In this document: piece by piece, positions 1 to 11,273 of the stretch | Layout: each line of letters starts with the position of its first letter | Numbering within the stretch: position 1 is the first letter of the stretch | Notes under the pieces: generated by a model | Databases searched by the model: none | The model's input: only the letters and a program-made list of their open reading frames with translations | What the model was told of the DNA's origin: nothing | DNA from: an uncultured Planctomycetaceae bacterium | GTDB lineage: Bacteria; Planctomycetota; Planctomycetia; Isosphaerales; Isosphaeraceae | NCBI GenBank assembly: GCA_963833985.1 | Contig: CAWIAD010000002.1 | Span: 64,001-128,000, forward strand | Reading direction: 5' to 3' | Length of the DNA: 64,000 bases | Made by a program: the position numbers and the translations under genes

Positions 1-306
1 CTTCGGCCGGGTGATCGACCAGAACCGGTGGAACCGGGCGACGCACGCATCGACCGATCGCTTCCAGTACGGCCATGACCGGAGCGGCGACGCAACGTTC
101 CTTTTCCATCTCCCCCCGTGTCCCAGTCGAGAGTTTTCACCAACTTCCGGCGCGAACGGGTTCCTTTCGGCAACTAGTGACTTAGAAGACGAGCGCTCGG
201 GTCGAACCGAGCTGAGGCATCGTCCGCATCTGGCTGAATCGGTCGCGAATCCGCGTTCTTTCAATGCGCCAATCGAGGGCACATTCCGGCTGAAGCACGG
301 ACTGCC

Positions 307-1666
307 GTGAGGCACGAAGTCGTGCGGATGAAACGGCCGCCCAGCGTACCTCATCCATCTTTACCTGTTCTGGGGAGTCTCACGCCCATGCGAGCACATC
401 GTCGGAGCGTCGAAGACATTGAGAGCGTCTATGCACACGCGCTGGCTGCGCGGCATGATCGACGCTGTCCGGTTCGCATCTCGATCGTGGGTCCGGAGCT
501 GATCGTGCTGGTGGCCCTGCTGGTGATTGGCGGCCTGGTGGCAGGGATCTTTCAAGACGGGCGTCCGTTACGCCATTCCGCCGGCAGCAGCCTGCGCGGA
601 CATGACAAGTTCGTCGGGACGCTCTGCTATGGAGCCGATGGCCGAACCCTGCTGACATCCGGGTGGGACAGGCAGGTGAGAATATGGAAGGTCGACGAGG
701 TACAGTCCGATGGGGCGACAGAGATCCAGTCATTGCCCCATGATTGGCACGTCTACTCAATTGCCGTGTCCCCTGATGGCAAGTACCTGGCTGCCGGCGG
801 CGTGGGGGGCTTCAGCATCTGGTCGTGGCGGGACGGCCTCGAATGGCGGAGAGTCAAGGATCAGAAAGGCGTTTCGTGTCGCATGCTGACCATCTCGCCG
901 GACGGACGGACCCTCGCTCTGGCGTGCACCGATCTGACGATCCGGCTCTGGGACCTGGCCGCCATGGCGGAACTGCGGAAGCTGCGCGATGTCAGCGGCG
1001 AGCTGCGGAGCATCGCTTTCTCGCCGGAGGGTGCGCTGCTTGCGGCCTCCACGTTCAGCGGCAACCTGCGCATCTGGGACCTTGCCGCCATGAATCCGGA
1101 GCCGATCGCGAGCCGAATTCCCGGTTCGGTCCGCTCGTTCGCGTTCGTGCCCGGATCCCGTAGCCTGGCAATCGCCGACTCGGGATGCGAGGGGAACTGC
1201 GCTGTCCATCTGGGACGTCGATGGCGCCGGGCCGCGATCCAGGATCGCTGGCGGTCGCGCGGAAAACGCGGCACTGGCGGTCTCGCCCGACGGCAAGACC
1301 CTCGCTGCCGCGGATCAGGACAAGACCATCTGGTTATGGGATCTGGCGACCTGGCAGCTCAAAGGCTCGTTCCATGAGGGTGTGGGCTGGGTCCGGACAC
1401 TGGTGTTTTCTCCGGATGGCCGGCAGCTCGCCTTCGTGGGCCAGAGCGGTCACGTTCAGTTCCGTGGGCTGGACCTTAACGGCCGACCTCTCGAGAACGA
1501 GCTCCACATGACCGCGTTGTGCCGCCCCGCGGAGGCCCAGCCGGAAGGCGACGCACGTGGCAAGAATACTCGGAATGCGGTCAAAGCATCGAACCGGACC
1601 GATCGGAGAGCTCAACAGGATGAGCCATCACCACGAGCCGCGCCTGGAGCCGACCATGTTGCTTGA
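307..1666 (+). CDS. WD40-repeat protein with N-terminal TM helix; frameshift near 1190-1200
   Basis: GH...WD repeats (LRGHDKFVGTLCYGADGRTLLTSGWDRQVRIWKV; SPDGRTLA...IRLWDL). The WD pattern continues in the +1 frame (LAVSPDGKTLAAADQDKTIWLWDL...WVRTLVFSPDGRQLA) to the stop at 1666. Start uncertain. Confidence 0.8.
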
Positions 1667-2243
1667 CCGTGCCCGCGCAGGGGACGGACTGGCACTCGGC
1701 CAGTTGCTGGAGCGCTACCGGAACTATCTCTCTCTGCTCGCCCGGGTTCAGATGAGTCGACGCATCCAGGCAAAAGTCGACGTCGCGGACGTGGTCCAGG
1801 AGACGTTCCTCGAAGTCAATCGCGCCCTGGGACAGTTCCAGGGAGATTCCGAGGGGCAGTTCCTGGCGTGGCTCCGGAAGATCCTGGCGGGGACGCTGGG
1901 CAACCAGGTGCGTCGTTACCTGGGGGCCAGATGCCGGGACGTCCGGCTGGAACGCGAGCTGGAGAACGATCTCGATCGCTCGTCCGCGTCGCTGGGCGTG
2001 CAACTGGTCGCCTCCCAGAGCTCACCGAGCGCCCAGGCCTCACGCAGGGAACAGGCCGTGATGCTGGCCGATGCGCTGGATGAACTTCCTGAGGCTTATC
2101 GAGAAGTGATCATCTTGCGACACCTGGAAGGACTCAGCTTTCCCGAGGTGGCGCGGCGAATGGGCCGGACCGAGGACAGCGTCAAGAACATCTGGCTGAG
2201 GGCCCTGGCACGCTTGCGCAGCGCGCTCGTACACTTGCGATGA
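1620..2243 (+). CDS. ECF sigma-70 factor (planctomycete kinase-associated type)
   Basis: Region 2 (LLERYRNYL...DVADVVQETF...FLAWLRKIL) and region 4 (ALDELPEAYREVIILRHLEGLSFPEVARRMGRT). Alternative start at 1656. Confidence 0.92.
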   Translation: MSHHHEPRLEPTMLLDRARAGDGLALGQLLERYRNYLSLLARVQMSRRIQAKVDVADVVQETFLEVNRALGQFQGDSEGQFLAWLRKILAGTLGNQVRRYLGARCRDVRLERELENDLDRSSASLGVQLVASQSSPSAQASRREQAVMLADALDELPEAYREVIILRHLEGLSFPEVARRMGRTEDSVKNIWLRALARLRSALVHLR

Positions 2244-2297
2244 AGTGGGAAACCAACCTGCCGCGAGTCTCATTCCGGCCGGTGGGGGAATATAATC

Positions 2298-5051
2298 GTG
2301 TTCAACACACAGAGAGCCTTGCAGTCCGATCCGGGGAATTCTCTCGAGCCGGTTTCGAGCGATGCCGGATCGTCGCACGAGCCGGACGTCGCTCTCGACA
2401 GACTGACCGGAGACGACTCCCGCGTCGTCGCCGCTCTGGAAGGGTACCTCGAGGACCTTGGGGCCGGCCGCTCCCGGTCCAGGGAGGATTTCCTGGCCCA
2501 GCACGCCGATCTCGCCGATGTCCTCGGTCAGTGCCTGCTGGCGGTGGACTTCATCCAGGGAGCGGCAGCCCAGTTGAACAGCCCGTCCGCGGTCTCGGCC
2601 GAAGACCCGAGCGGATTGGCGACGCGCCACGAACGGCTGGGAGACTACCGCATTCTCCGGGAAGTCGGCCGGGGAGGAATGGGAGTCGTTTACGAGGCAC
2701 AGCAGATCTCACTGGGACGCCGCGTCGCCCTGAAGGTGCTGCCATTCGCCGCAGCCACCGACCCCAGGCAGCGGCAACGTTTCCAGATTGAAGCCCAGGC
2801 GGCGGCGCAACTGCACCACCCGCACATCGTGCCCATCTTCAGCGTCGGTTGCGACCAGGGAATTCACTACTACGCCATGCAGTTTGTCGAGGGCTGTAGC
2901 CTGGCCGCCATCATCCAGGCGCTCCGCGAGGGCAACAAACCCCTTCTCTGGATGGGCAGCCCTGCCGGCGCGGGTTCGCTGGAGTCAACCGTGGACTTCC
3001 GTTCCTCGCCGGCAGCCAACAGCACCGCACGGCCGGCTCCCATGGCCACCGCCTTCCACCATCCGGCCGTAACGCCCACGCCGATCGGGCCCTCACATGA
3101 GGACGCTCTGTTTTGTCGCCACGTCGCCACGCTCGGAACTGAGGCAGCCGACGCGCTCGACCATGCCCACGGCCTGGGAATCCTCCATCGCGACATCAAG
3201 CCCGCCAACCTCCTGATCGATCCGCATGGTGCACTCTGGGTCACGGATTTCGGCCTGGCGCGGCTTCCCAGCGATCTCAGCCTGACGCGTACCGGCGACA
3301 GGATCGGCACCCTCCGCTACGCGAGCCCCGAGCAAGCGCTGGCGCGACGCGGGGTTGTTGACCAGCGTACCGACATTTATTCGCTGGGGGTGACGCTCTA
3401 CGAACTGTTGACGCTTCGGCCCGCCTTCGACGGATCGGACCACCAGGAGCTGCTCCGCCAGATCGCACTCGACGAGCCCCCTGCCCGCGCCGCATCAACC
3501 CGGCGATTCCCCGCGACCTGGAAACGATTATCCTCAAGGCAATGGCCAAGGATGCGTCGAACCGCTATCCCACGGGGCAGGAGCTGGCCGCCGACCTGCG
3601 GCGGTTCCTGGAGGACCGGCCCGTTCTGGCGCGTCGGCCGCGATTGCCGGAACGCACCATCCGCTGGGCCCGCCGCCACAGGGAGCTGGTCGCCACGGCC
3701 TCCGCGATCCTCGTCCTGGCCTTGACCGTCAGTACGGCCGCGATCTGGGTTCAGGCACGCAAGACCGAGGCCCAGGCCCACGAGACGGAACGGGCCAACC
3801 AGAGACGCATCGCGTTTGTGATCGACAGCTACTCCTTGCTCCACCAGGTTGGCACCGGCGCGATCATGGTGGCCAGCGCCCAGCTCATCCCGGGCAGGGT
3901 TGGTTCGGCACGCGAGGAAGCGACGCAGACACTGGAACGGTGGCTGCGCTTCTTCCAGCAGGCAATCGAGCTGCCTCCCAACGATCGGGCGTCGCGCACC
4001 GTCATCGCTCGGGCCTACTCCCGATTGGGATACACGCACTGGATGCTGAGCTATGCCAGGGGAACCGGGCGAGGCCTCGAGCCCCGGCTTCTTGCCCAGG
4101 CTCTGGACGACTATCGCCGATCCGTCAAGCTGCTGGAAGAACTGCTGGCCGAATCGCCCGGCGACCCGGAGGTCCGGCGCTACCTCGCCGAGGCCCTGGG
4201 ACTGGGGAACATGGGCTGTTGCCTGCGTAGTGCGTTCAGAACCCAGGAAGCCGAACTCTTCTACCGCCGCGCGATCCAGGTCAGGCATGAGTTGCTGCGG
4301 GGCGCCTGCTCAAGCGGCGTCGAAAAAGACCGCACACGGGAGGAGACCCTACCGGAGCTCGATGACCTGCTCTACCTGGTCAGCACGGTCCATCTCATGG
4401 CGAGGATCCTGGAGGGCAGGGGCCTGGTCGCCGAGGCCGAGGCCCTGCGCCGACAGCTCGAGGAAGACGTTGTCGCTGTCACCGCACGGTTGTCGGATCG
4501 TGAATTCCAGGACCGCAGGCAGATGTGGGCGGCGCGGCTTTCAGCCGGGCAGCTTCCCCTCTTCGACGCCAGCCAGAGGCGGGATGCGATGATCAATCAA
4601 CGCCTGGCGCTGCTACTCGACCCCGAAAACCCCGCAGCCCTCAACAACCTTGCCTGGACCTTGGCCTGTATGCCCGGCGAACCGTGGTTCGACCCCCAGA
4701 AGGGACTTGCCCTGGCCCGCAAGGCGGTCGCGATCGAGCCGAATGAATGGAGTTACCTGAATACGCTGGGTGTGGCGGCGTTCCGTGCCCATGACTGGGA
4801 TACCGCCGCCCGGGTCTTCCATCAGTCGACCACCTTCACCGGAGGCGGGGCCTATGACTTTTTCTTCCTGGCGATGACTTACTGGCACCAGGGAAGCAAG
4901 CAAGAGGCTCGAAGAAATGTACGACCGAGCGGTCGCCTGGATGGAGAAGCACAAGCCGGACGATCCCGAGCTTCGCAAGTTTCGCGCCGAAGCAGCCGCC
5001 TTGCTCGGACGGCCCGCTGCCCCAGACCGCACCCCCAAACGAACCGGGTGA
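2298..5051 (+). CDS. Hanks-type Ser/Thr kinase with TM segment and C-terminal TPRs; frameshifts near 3480 and 4915
   Basis: GRGGMGVVY, VALKVL, HRDIKPANLL, DFGLA, GTLRYASPEQ. Continues as RRINPAIPRDLETIILKAMAKD in ORF 3542 and ends MYDRAVAWMEKHKPDDPELRKFRAEAAALLG with TGA at 5049-5051. Confidence 0.88.
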
Positions 5052-5270
5052 TCCAGCGGAGTACCCTGGTCCGCCGCCCAGGGTGCTTCGTAAAGACGCG
5101 CGGGGCTCACTTCCTCAGTCCTTGCGATCTGCCCGCCGCCGGAGAAAAAAACTCCCTCTGACCCCCATTTTACCACGGGACAATGTAGAGTTGAGGTTGT
5201 CTCTTGAACTGAGCGAGACTTGCATGCTTGGTATTGCAAGAAAGCGAGCGGAGTTGTGGCGACTGTGGAA

Positions 5271-5921
5271 ATGGGTCGGAAGAATGGCAAGTCAGCCGCG
5301 CATCGTGAGCCATACCTGCTGACGGATCATCCGGACGTTGAGATCATTCCCCAGGTGCCCCGCCTCGCGCTTGCGAGAGCTGAGATCCTCGCCGATGTGA
5401 GCCAGGCAGCCGTGTGCCGGCGGCTCTCCCGGGCACTGGTCGGAACGGCGTGCATCAATCTGATGGCCATGGCGCTCTGCCAGTGGATCTATGTCCCCGA
5501 CGGTCGGGCGGACTATCGCCATCCGCTGCTCTGGGTCGTCGATGTCGCGGCGGTGCTGGGATGCCTGAGGCTGACCCTGGGGCCCGGCTGGGCCAGGTCC
5601 TCGCCGGCCATCAGCCTGATCACCAAGCTCTGGACCACGTTCCTGATCCTGTCGTTCAGCGTGGTGACTCTCAATGCCTTCACGGGGTATGAGCTGGCGT
5701 GGTACAAACCGGTCTGGGCGACGTTGAGCACCTTCCTGTTCGCGTCGCTGGCCTGGATCTTCTCGCCCTGGCTCTTCATTCCGGCCGTGCAGATGTGGGC
5801 GACCGGATTGCTCATGGTGAACTTCACTCACTGGGCGTTTCTGATCTACGGCGTCTCCTGGTGGCTGGCGCTCGTAGGGGTGGTCGTGGTGAAGGAAACG
5901 GTCTTCAGACCGAGGCCGTGA
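5271..5921 (+). CDS. Hypothetical multi-pass membrane protein
   Basis: ORF with about 6 hydrophobic segments; start uncertain. Confidence 0.7.
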   Translation: MGRKNGKSAAHREPYLLTDHPDVEIIPQVPRLALARAEILADVSQAAVCRRLSRALVGTACINLMAMALCQWIYVPDGRADYRHPLLWVVDVAAVLGCLRLTLGPGWARSSPAISLITKLWTTFLILSFSVVTLNAFTGYELAWYKPVWATLSTFLFASLAWIFSPWLFIPAVQMWATGLLMVNFTHWAFLIYGVSWWLALVGVVVVKETVFRPRP

Positions 5922-7635
5922 CCACGGTTGCCTGCAACTGGGCCTGCGCGGCCTGGTCGGTCCACCACTGTTCCGCCTTCTCGTCGTCCCACTCGGGAGC
6001 GGCCGCACAGGCCGCCAGGGCCGAGGCCAGGGAGCGGGCGTCCGGATAGCGGTCGGCGGGCGCCTTGGCCAGGCACCTGAGGACCACGGCCTCCAGGTCG
6101 GCCGGGATTCCCGGCTGATGGTGCGAGGGCGGCACCACCGGGTCACGCGCGTGGGCGATCATCAGCTCGGTGGGGTTATTTCCCTCGAATGGGGGCCGTC
6201 CGGTGAGCATGTAGTAAACAATGGCGCCCAGTGAGTAGATGTCGGCGCGGCCGTCGAGAGTTCGTGCGGCCGTCGCTTGCTCGGGCGACATGTACTGCGG
6301 CGTACCGCTGACGGTGTAGTCGGCTGTCAACTGCGGCGCGTCGGGGTGGGTGGTCAGCTTCACCAGTCCGAAGTCGAGCACCTTGGCGACGTCGCACTTG
6401 CCGCCCAGGATCGCCACCACGATGTTCGCGGGCTTGAGATCGCGGTGCACCAGGCCGTAGCGGTGCGCCTCGGCGAGCGCCCCGCAAACCTGCCTCGTGA
6501 GGAAGATGGCACGGCCGGCCGCCATGGGACCGGTCTGGCGCACGAGTTCCGCCACGGTCATCCCGGGCAAGTACTCCATCACGTAATAGAACGTGCCGTC
6601 GTCGGTGTGCCCGTAGTCGAAGATCTCGATCGTGTTGGGATGAGACAGCAGCGCCGCGGACTGGACCTCGCGTTCGAACCGGGCCAGAGCGATCGGGTTG
6701 GTGTTCACGTCCGGCTTGATCAGCTTCAAGGCGCAGGGACGCTTGAGGAGCTGATGCTCGGCCAGGTAAACCTCGCCCATGCCACCCTCTCCCAGCTTCT
6801 CGCCGAGCTGGTACTGCCCCAGCTTCCTGGCTTCGTGCAGATCATGGCGGAGGTGGTTCAGAACGTAGGAGCAGTAGATCGCCAGCCCCGCGCTCACCAG
6901 GATGAAGAGCATGTTCCCGAGGGCAAGCTGGCGGATCTCCAGCTCGTCGGTCAGCAGGGTCGATCCGGAAGCCTTGGCGCTCAGGAGGGCCAGCACCAGC
7001 AGCGGGCCCATCGCCATCGTCAGCACCATGCTGGCCGTGTTCCTGGGCTCGTTGGGAATGAACACGCCGTAGAGGATTGTCAGCACCAGGAAGTTGAGCA
7101 GGCCGTTCTTCTCGAGGGCGACGAGGCTGATCTGATCTCCCTGCCGGATCAGCTCCGAACCGGCCACGTACTGTGTTGCCACCGTGGCCAGGACCAGGAG
7201 CCCGAAGAAGCCATACTCGATGGCGCGGAGCTGTGCCAGGCTGAGCAGAACGGGCGATGCCAGCAGCGCGGCGACCGCGATGCACAGCGACATTCGCAAG
7301 CCCAGAAAAATGCGAAGCTGCCCGTGCGTGGAAGTTGGCATCACCACACCGAGCAGAAAGAACAGCCCGTAGGCGACGGCCAGAAACAGCGCCGCGGCTT
7401 TGAGGCGGCTGCGCAGCAGATCTCCCGTCTCGGCCGTCAGGCTGGGCATCGAGCCGGTGGCCAGCGCCATGTGGAACGATTGCGAGGCCGGGCCATCGAT
7501 TGGCGGGGCCATGATCGTCGGCTCGAGCTCGATCTCGCCTTCATCATCGGGCCGGCCTCCCGGACCGGAGAGCCGGTTGTCTGTGTGCGACATCACGTAG
7601 TTCCTGGCGGAATCAAATTCGGACTGTCTCATCAA
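5905..7635 (-). CDS. Membrane-anchored Ser/Thr protein kinase
   Basis: N-terminal TM helices followed by GEGGMGEVY, ALKLIK, HRDLKPANI, DFGL, GTPQYMSPEQ. Confidence 0.93.
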   Translation of the reverse strand: MMRQSEFDSARNYVMSHTDNRLSGPGGRPDDEGEIELEPTIMAPPIDGPASQSFHMALATGSMPSLTAETGDLLRSRLKAAALFLAVAYGLFFLLGVVMPTSTHGQLRIFLGLRMSLCIAVAALLASPVLLSLAQLRAIEYGFFGLLVLATVATQYVAGSELIRQGDQISLVALEKNGLLNFLVLTILYGVFIPNEPRNTASMVLTMAMGPLLVLALLSAKASGSTLLTDELEIRQLALGNMLFILVSAGLAIYCSYVLNHLRHDLHEARKLGQYQLGEKLGEGGMGEVYLAEHQLLKRPCALKLIKPDVNTNPIALARFEREVQSAALLSHPNTIEIFDYGHTDDGTFYYVMEYLPGMTVAELVRQTGPMAAGRAIFLTRQVCGALAEAHRYGLVHRDLKPANIVVAILGGKCDVAKVLDFGLVKLTTHPDAPQLTADYTVSGTPQYMSPEQATAARTLDGRADIYSLGAIVYYMLTGRPPFEGNNPTELMIAHARDPVVPPSHHQPGIPADLEAVVLRCLAKAPADRYPDARSLASALAACAAAPEWDDEKAEQWWTDQAAQAQLQATVVTASV

Positions 7636-7673
7636 TCCAGCTTGGTGGCGTCCTTCACTTCTTTCTCGAGCGC

Positions 7674-8642
7674 CTAGAAGGCGTCGCCGGCGTTCAGCGA
7701 TTTCAGGGCCTCGGAGGCTTTCTGCTGAAGGACGTCGACCCCCTGACCCTGCCGAGCCCGGGTCCTGGCGACCTTGCCGCCGATGCCTTGCTTCATGGCG
7801 GCCACGCCCGAGCTGGCCTGGGCAGCGATCGATCCCTGGGCCTTGCCATCACCCCTGACCCAGGGCTCCGCGATGAACGCCAGCAGCACTCCGAGAATGG
7901 TCACGATCGGCCCGGCGATACGCATGACCGGCCGCCTCACCCTGTGCCAGTTGCGCGCCAGGTAGACGAAGGTCAGGGGCGGTATCAGGAAGAGCACGCC
8001 CTGGACCGGGCTGTCCCGGAACGGGATGACCACCAGGTTGGCCAGACCCGCGATGATCCGCCCGAGGTTCAGCAGGACCACCGCCGTCGCTCCCAGGACC
8101 ATGAGCGAGTGGTTGCTCACCGCCAGTCCCAGGATCAGGCAGATGAGGAACGGGACGGACACCAGGTAGGCGCTCTCGTTGACCCACCGGAAGACATGCT
8201 GAACCTGGCCCATGCCATGCCGGTAGCCGCGGGTGACGGCCCCGGCCGGTTTCCCGCCGGCGTACTTGAGCGCCGGCAGTGAGAGCGCAGAGGCCAGCTT
8301 GTACGGTCCCGGGACGGACGGCTCATCCAGGGGCGAAGGTTTCCTGCAGATGCCGCGGAGGTTCTCCTGGCTCAGGGGCGCCAGGCCCACGTGGCTGTTG
8401 ACTGCCTCCAGCCAGTTCAGCGGCCGGGAGCCCGACGCCGCGGGCTGGGTGCCCCGGGCGGCCTGGGCCGCAAGCGGGGAGAGACGAGGCCCGGCGGCGG
8501 CGGCAACCGGAGCGGGCGCAGCCGCTGACCTGGAAGGCACGGTCATGCGCGCTCCGCACCGCTTGCAACGGCCGACCCGGCCGGCCAGCCCCTCGTCCAC
8601 ATCGAACGGGGCGGCACACGCTGGACACTCGAAATGGATCAT
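7674..8642 (-). CDS. Membrane protein with N-terminal zinc ribbon
   Basis: CPAC...CKRC at the N-terminus, hydrophobic helices in the C-terminal half. Confidence 0.75.
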   Translation of the reverse strand: MIHFECPACAAPFDVDEGLAGRVGRCKRCGARMTVPSRSAAAPAPVAAAAGPRLSPLAAQAARGTQPAASGSRPLNWLEAVNSHVGLAPLSQENLRGICRKPSPLDEPSVPGPYKLASALSLPALKYAGGKPAGAVTRGYRHGMGQVQHVFRWVNESAYLVSVPFLICLILGLAVSNHSLMVLGATAVVLLNLGRIIAGLANLVVIPFRDSPVQGVLFLIPPLTFVYLARNWHRVRRPVMRIAGPIVTILGVLLAFIAEPWVRGDGKAQGSIAAQASSGVAAMKQGIGGKVARTRARQGQGVDVLQQKASEALKSLNAGDAF

Positions 8643-8794
8643 CCCGCGCTTCCCGTGGCGGCGGGCCGACGGCCCGGCGCTGGCCGGGTGGGTCCGTGCG
8701 ACGCCCGCCCACCGCGTTGTGTCTTGACCTTTGTGGGTTGCGTTCCGCCCCGCCCCGCGCCGCTACCCCACCCCGCAAGCGACGCGCCGGGCGC

Positions 8795-9103
8795 TCAGAA
8801 GTAAACCAATCCCAGCCCGGCAATGATCAGCGTCCAGAACATCCAGCCCTCGTCAAATCGCTCCAGAAGCTTGAAATACAGAACGGCCAGCCCCGCGGTC
8901 TTGAGCCAGAAAACTTGCCAGGCGTGATAGTTGGGCACTTCCTGAGGCGCCACGAACCAGACCCAGCTCAGCATGACCACGCCGGCCGTGTAGAGCAACC
9001 CCAGGAACAGCCAGTGCTTCTGGAGCGGCTCGTACTTCACGAACGCGTGCACCAGGCCGTAAAGGAAGGCGGCCTTGATTCCAACGTAGTAGACGGCCAG
9101 CAT
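8795..9103 (-). CDS. Small 4-TM hypothetical protein
   Basis: 102-aa hydrophobic ORF filling the gap between genes. Confidence 0.7.
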   Translation of the reverse strand: MLAVYYVGIKAAFLYGLVHAFVKYEPLQKHWLFLGLLYTAGVVMLSWVWFVAPQEVPNYHAWQVFWLKTAGLAVLYFKLLERFDEGWMFWTLIIAGLGLVYF

Positions 9104-9370
9104 CCAGAGTCGTCCTCGAATCTTCGGACTTCGAAGTCAGGATTGTGGGCACCCTGGTCAAGCCTCGACCAGTGACCATCCCCACCTGGGTCGCCACGAC
9201 GTGCAGGCTCCGCAGCAGATTGCACCGTTGTGAACGTTAATTTACACGAGTCCGCGGTCCGAGTCCAGAAGGCGGTCCCTGGCACACAGAGCGGGCGATG
9301 GCTCGAGAGCAAGACCCCGCGGAGGCACCGTGAGGAGCCCCCGCGAAGCGAGGCCGGTTCAGGATTCACC

Positions 9371-11221
9371 TCAACGTACAAACTTCAGTCCCGGGTCATC
9401 GGCCGGCGCGCCGAGGACGCGGAAGGTCATGTGGTTATCGTCCTGCCAGGTCACCTGGCCTGCCAGAGCGCCGAGCTGGGCGTCCTGACCGGCGAGCGTG
9501 AGCAGGCCGTTGGCATAGGTGGATTTGCCGGTGATGTTCTTGGCTGACTGACCCGGGCTGGTGACGGCCCAGGTGAAACCGCCGTCGTCGCCGATCGCGA
9601 GCGCGACCTGCGCATCTTTGGCTGGGGTCGCTGCCCAGCGTCCGGCGAGCTTGCCTTGCGGGGCCGGCTCCGTGGCAACGGCAGCAGCACTGGCCGTGGC
9701 GGCCGCGGAAGGCGCTGCTCCCGCCGGCGACGCGGGGGGCTCGAGCTGCGCGGCGAGCTGCGCCGAGAGCTTGTCGGCCGGCTGCAAGCTGGCAGCGCTG
9801 CTGAACTGCTTGGCCGCGGCGTCATTGTGCCCCTGCGTCAGGTAGTGATAGCCAAGGACAAAGCGCGCCGGGGCCGAGGTCGTGTTCGTGTTCACGAACG
9901 TCTCCAGCGCCCTGACCTGCTGGGTGTACGTGTCGGCGTCGGCGTACATGCCGATCAGGGTGGTCCAGTTCCAGCCTGGACCAATGGTCAAGACCGCGTA
10001 GAGGGGCGCCGCGGCCTGATCGTACTGGCCCTGCGCGAACTGCGCCAGCGCCACGAACTGGTGCAGGTTGGGATCGTTGGGCATCTGGCTGAGTGCCTGC
10101 TGGCCAAGCTGGCTGGCCTGGGCGTAGTTGCCCTGCTTGAAGGCCTCGACTGCCTGGTCGAACCCCGCGGTGGCCTGTGTGGCCACGGGCGAATCGGGCG
10201 GGGCAGCCGTCGTGCTGATCGGCTGGGAGTAGTCGTAGGATGACGCTCCGCCCTGGCCGGCAGCCTGATTGACTCCCGTGCCGACCGAACCCGGAGCGTA
10301 CGCGTTGTTGTAGTTCGAGTAGCCCCAGCCGTACATCGGGGAGCCCATGCCCCAGGCTCCGACGCCGGCTCCGTAGCCGTAACCACCGTAGCCGGGGTAG
10401 CGATACGCGCCCATGGCTCCCGCATACCCATAGGCGCCGTAGTTCGCGTAGCCCATGCCGGGGTGGTACTGGTTGTAATTCGCGTAACCAGCCCCCGCGG
10501 CCGCTCCCGCGGCACCGGGATGGTCCAGTCCCTGGTTGCGATTGGCGTAGCCGGCACCTGCGGCCGCTCCCGCGGCGCCGGGATGATTCAGGCTCTGGTC
10601 GTTGCGATTGGCATAGCCGGCACCAGCGGCCGCGGCACCGGCGTTCGATGGGCTCTGGTTGCGATTGGCATAACCGGCCCCCGCGGCCGCGGCACCGGCG
10701 TTCGATGGGCTCTGGTTGCGATTGGAGTAGCCGGCCCCCGCGGCCGCGGCCCCGGCGTTCGATGGGCTCTGGTTGCGATTGGAGTAGCCGGCCCCCGCGG
10801 CCGCGGCACCAGCGTTGGAGTTGCTGGCATAAGGGTTGCGGCCCGCGGCCCCAGCCCCTGCGCTGGAGTTGCTGGCATAAGGGTTGCGGCCCGCGGCGCT
10901 GCTGCCCTGGGGATGTGCTCCATACGCACCGCTTCCCTGGGATTGTGATCCGTACCTGGAAGAGCTCGGCTGGCTCATCGACGGCGAGTGACCCGTCTGC
11001 CCACCGCCGTAGCTGCCACGCGACGCTCCACCACCACCATAGCTACCACCACCACCACCACCGCGCGATCCGCCACCACCGTAACCGCCACCACCGCGCG
11101 ACCCGCCGCCGTAGCCGCCGCCACCGCGATATCCGCCGCCCCGGCCCGCCATCACGGCGGGCGGGATGGCGAGGGCCGTCAGGGCCGCGGCGAGCGCCAG
11201 TTTTTTCAAAGTGTCTCTCAT
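9371..11221 (-). CDS. Secreted Gly/Tyr-rich low-complexity protein with TPR region and C-terminal beta domain (copy 1)
   Basis: Signal peptide MRDTLKKLALAAALTALAIPPAVMA, RGG tract, tandem repeats, TPR-like helices; paralog of 19683-21359 (shared YAVL..GPGW.WTTLIG.Y and ARFVL.YHYLTQGH). Confidence 0.85.
   Translation of the reverse strand: MRDTLKKLALAAALTALAIPPAVMAGRGGGYRGGGGYGGGSRGGGGYGGGGSRGGGGGGSYGGGGASRGSYGGGQTGHSPSMSQPSSSRYGSQSQGSGAYGAHPQGSSAAGRNPYASNSSAGAGAAGRNPYASNSNAGAAAAGAGYSNRNQSPSNAGAAAAGAGYSNRNQSPSNAGAAAAGAGYANRNQSPSNAGAAAAGAGYANRNDQSLNHPGAAGAAAGAGYANRNQGLDHPGAAGAAAGAGYANYNQYHPGMGYANYGAYGYAGAMGAYRYPGYGGYGYGAGVGAWGMGSPMYGWGYSNYNNAYAPGSVGTGVNQAAGQGGASSYDYSQPISTTAAPPDSPVATQATAGFDQAVEAFKQGNYAQASQLGQQALSQMPNDPNLHQFVALAQFAQGQYDQAAAPLYAVLTIGPGWNWTTLIGMYADADTYTQQVRALETFVNTNTTSAPARFVLGYHYLTQGHNDAAAKQFSSAASLQPADKLSAQLAAQLEPPASPAGAAPSAAATASAAAVATEPAPQGKLAGRWAATPAKDAQVALAIGDDGGFTWAVTSPGQSAKNITGKSTYANGLLTLAGQDAQLGALAGQVTWQDDNHMTFRVLGAPADDPGLKFVR
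10490..10897 (-). repeat. Intragenic tandem repeats: 57-bp period (NAGAAAAGAGYSNRNQSPS), about 4 copies plus 2 degenerate; 48-bp period, 2 copies
   Basis: Unit starts near 10634, 10691 and 10748; tggagttgctggcataagggttgcggcccgcggc at 10816 and 10864. Confidence 0.9.
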
Positions 11222-11273
11222 GGATGTGCCTCTCTTGAAGCGCAATGAACTTCGAATAAGAAACGATGTATGA

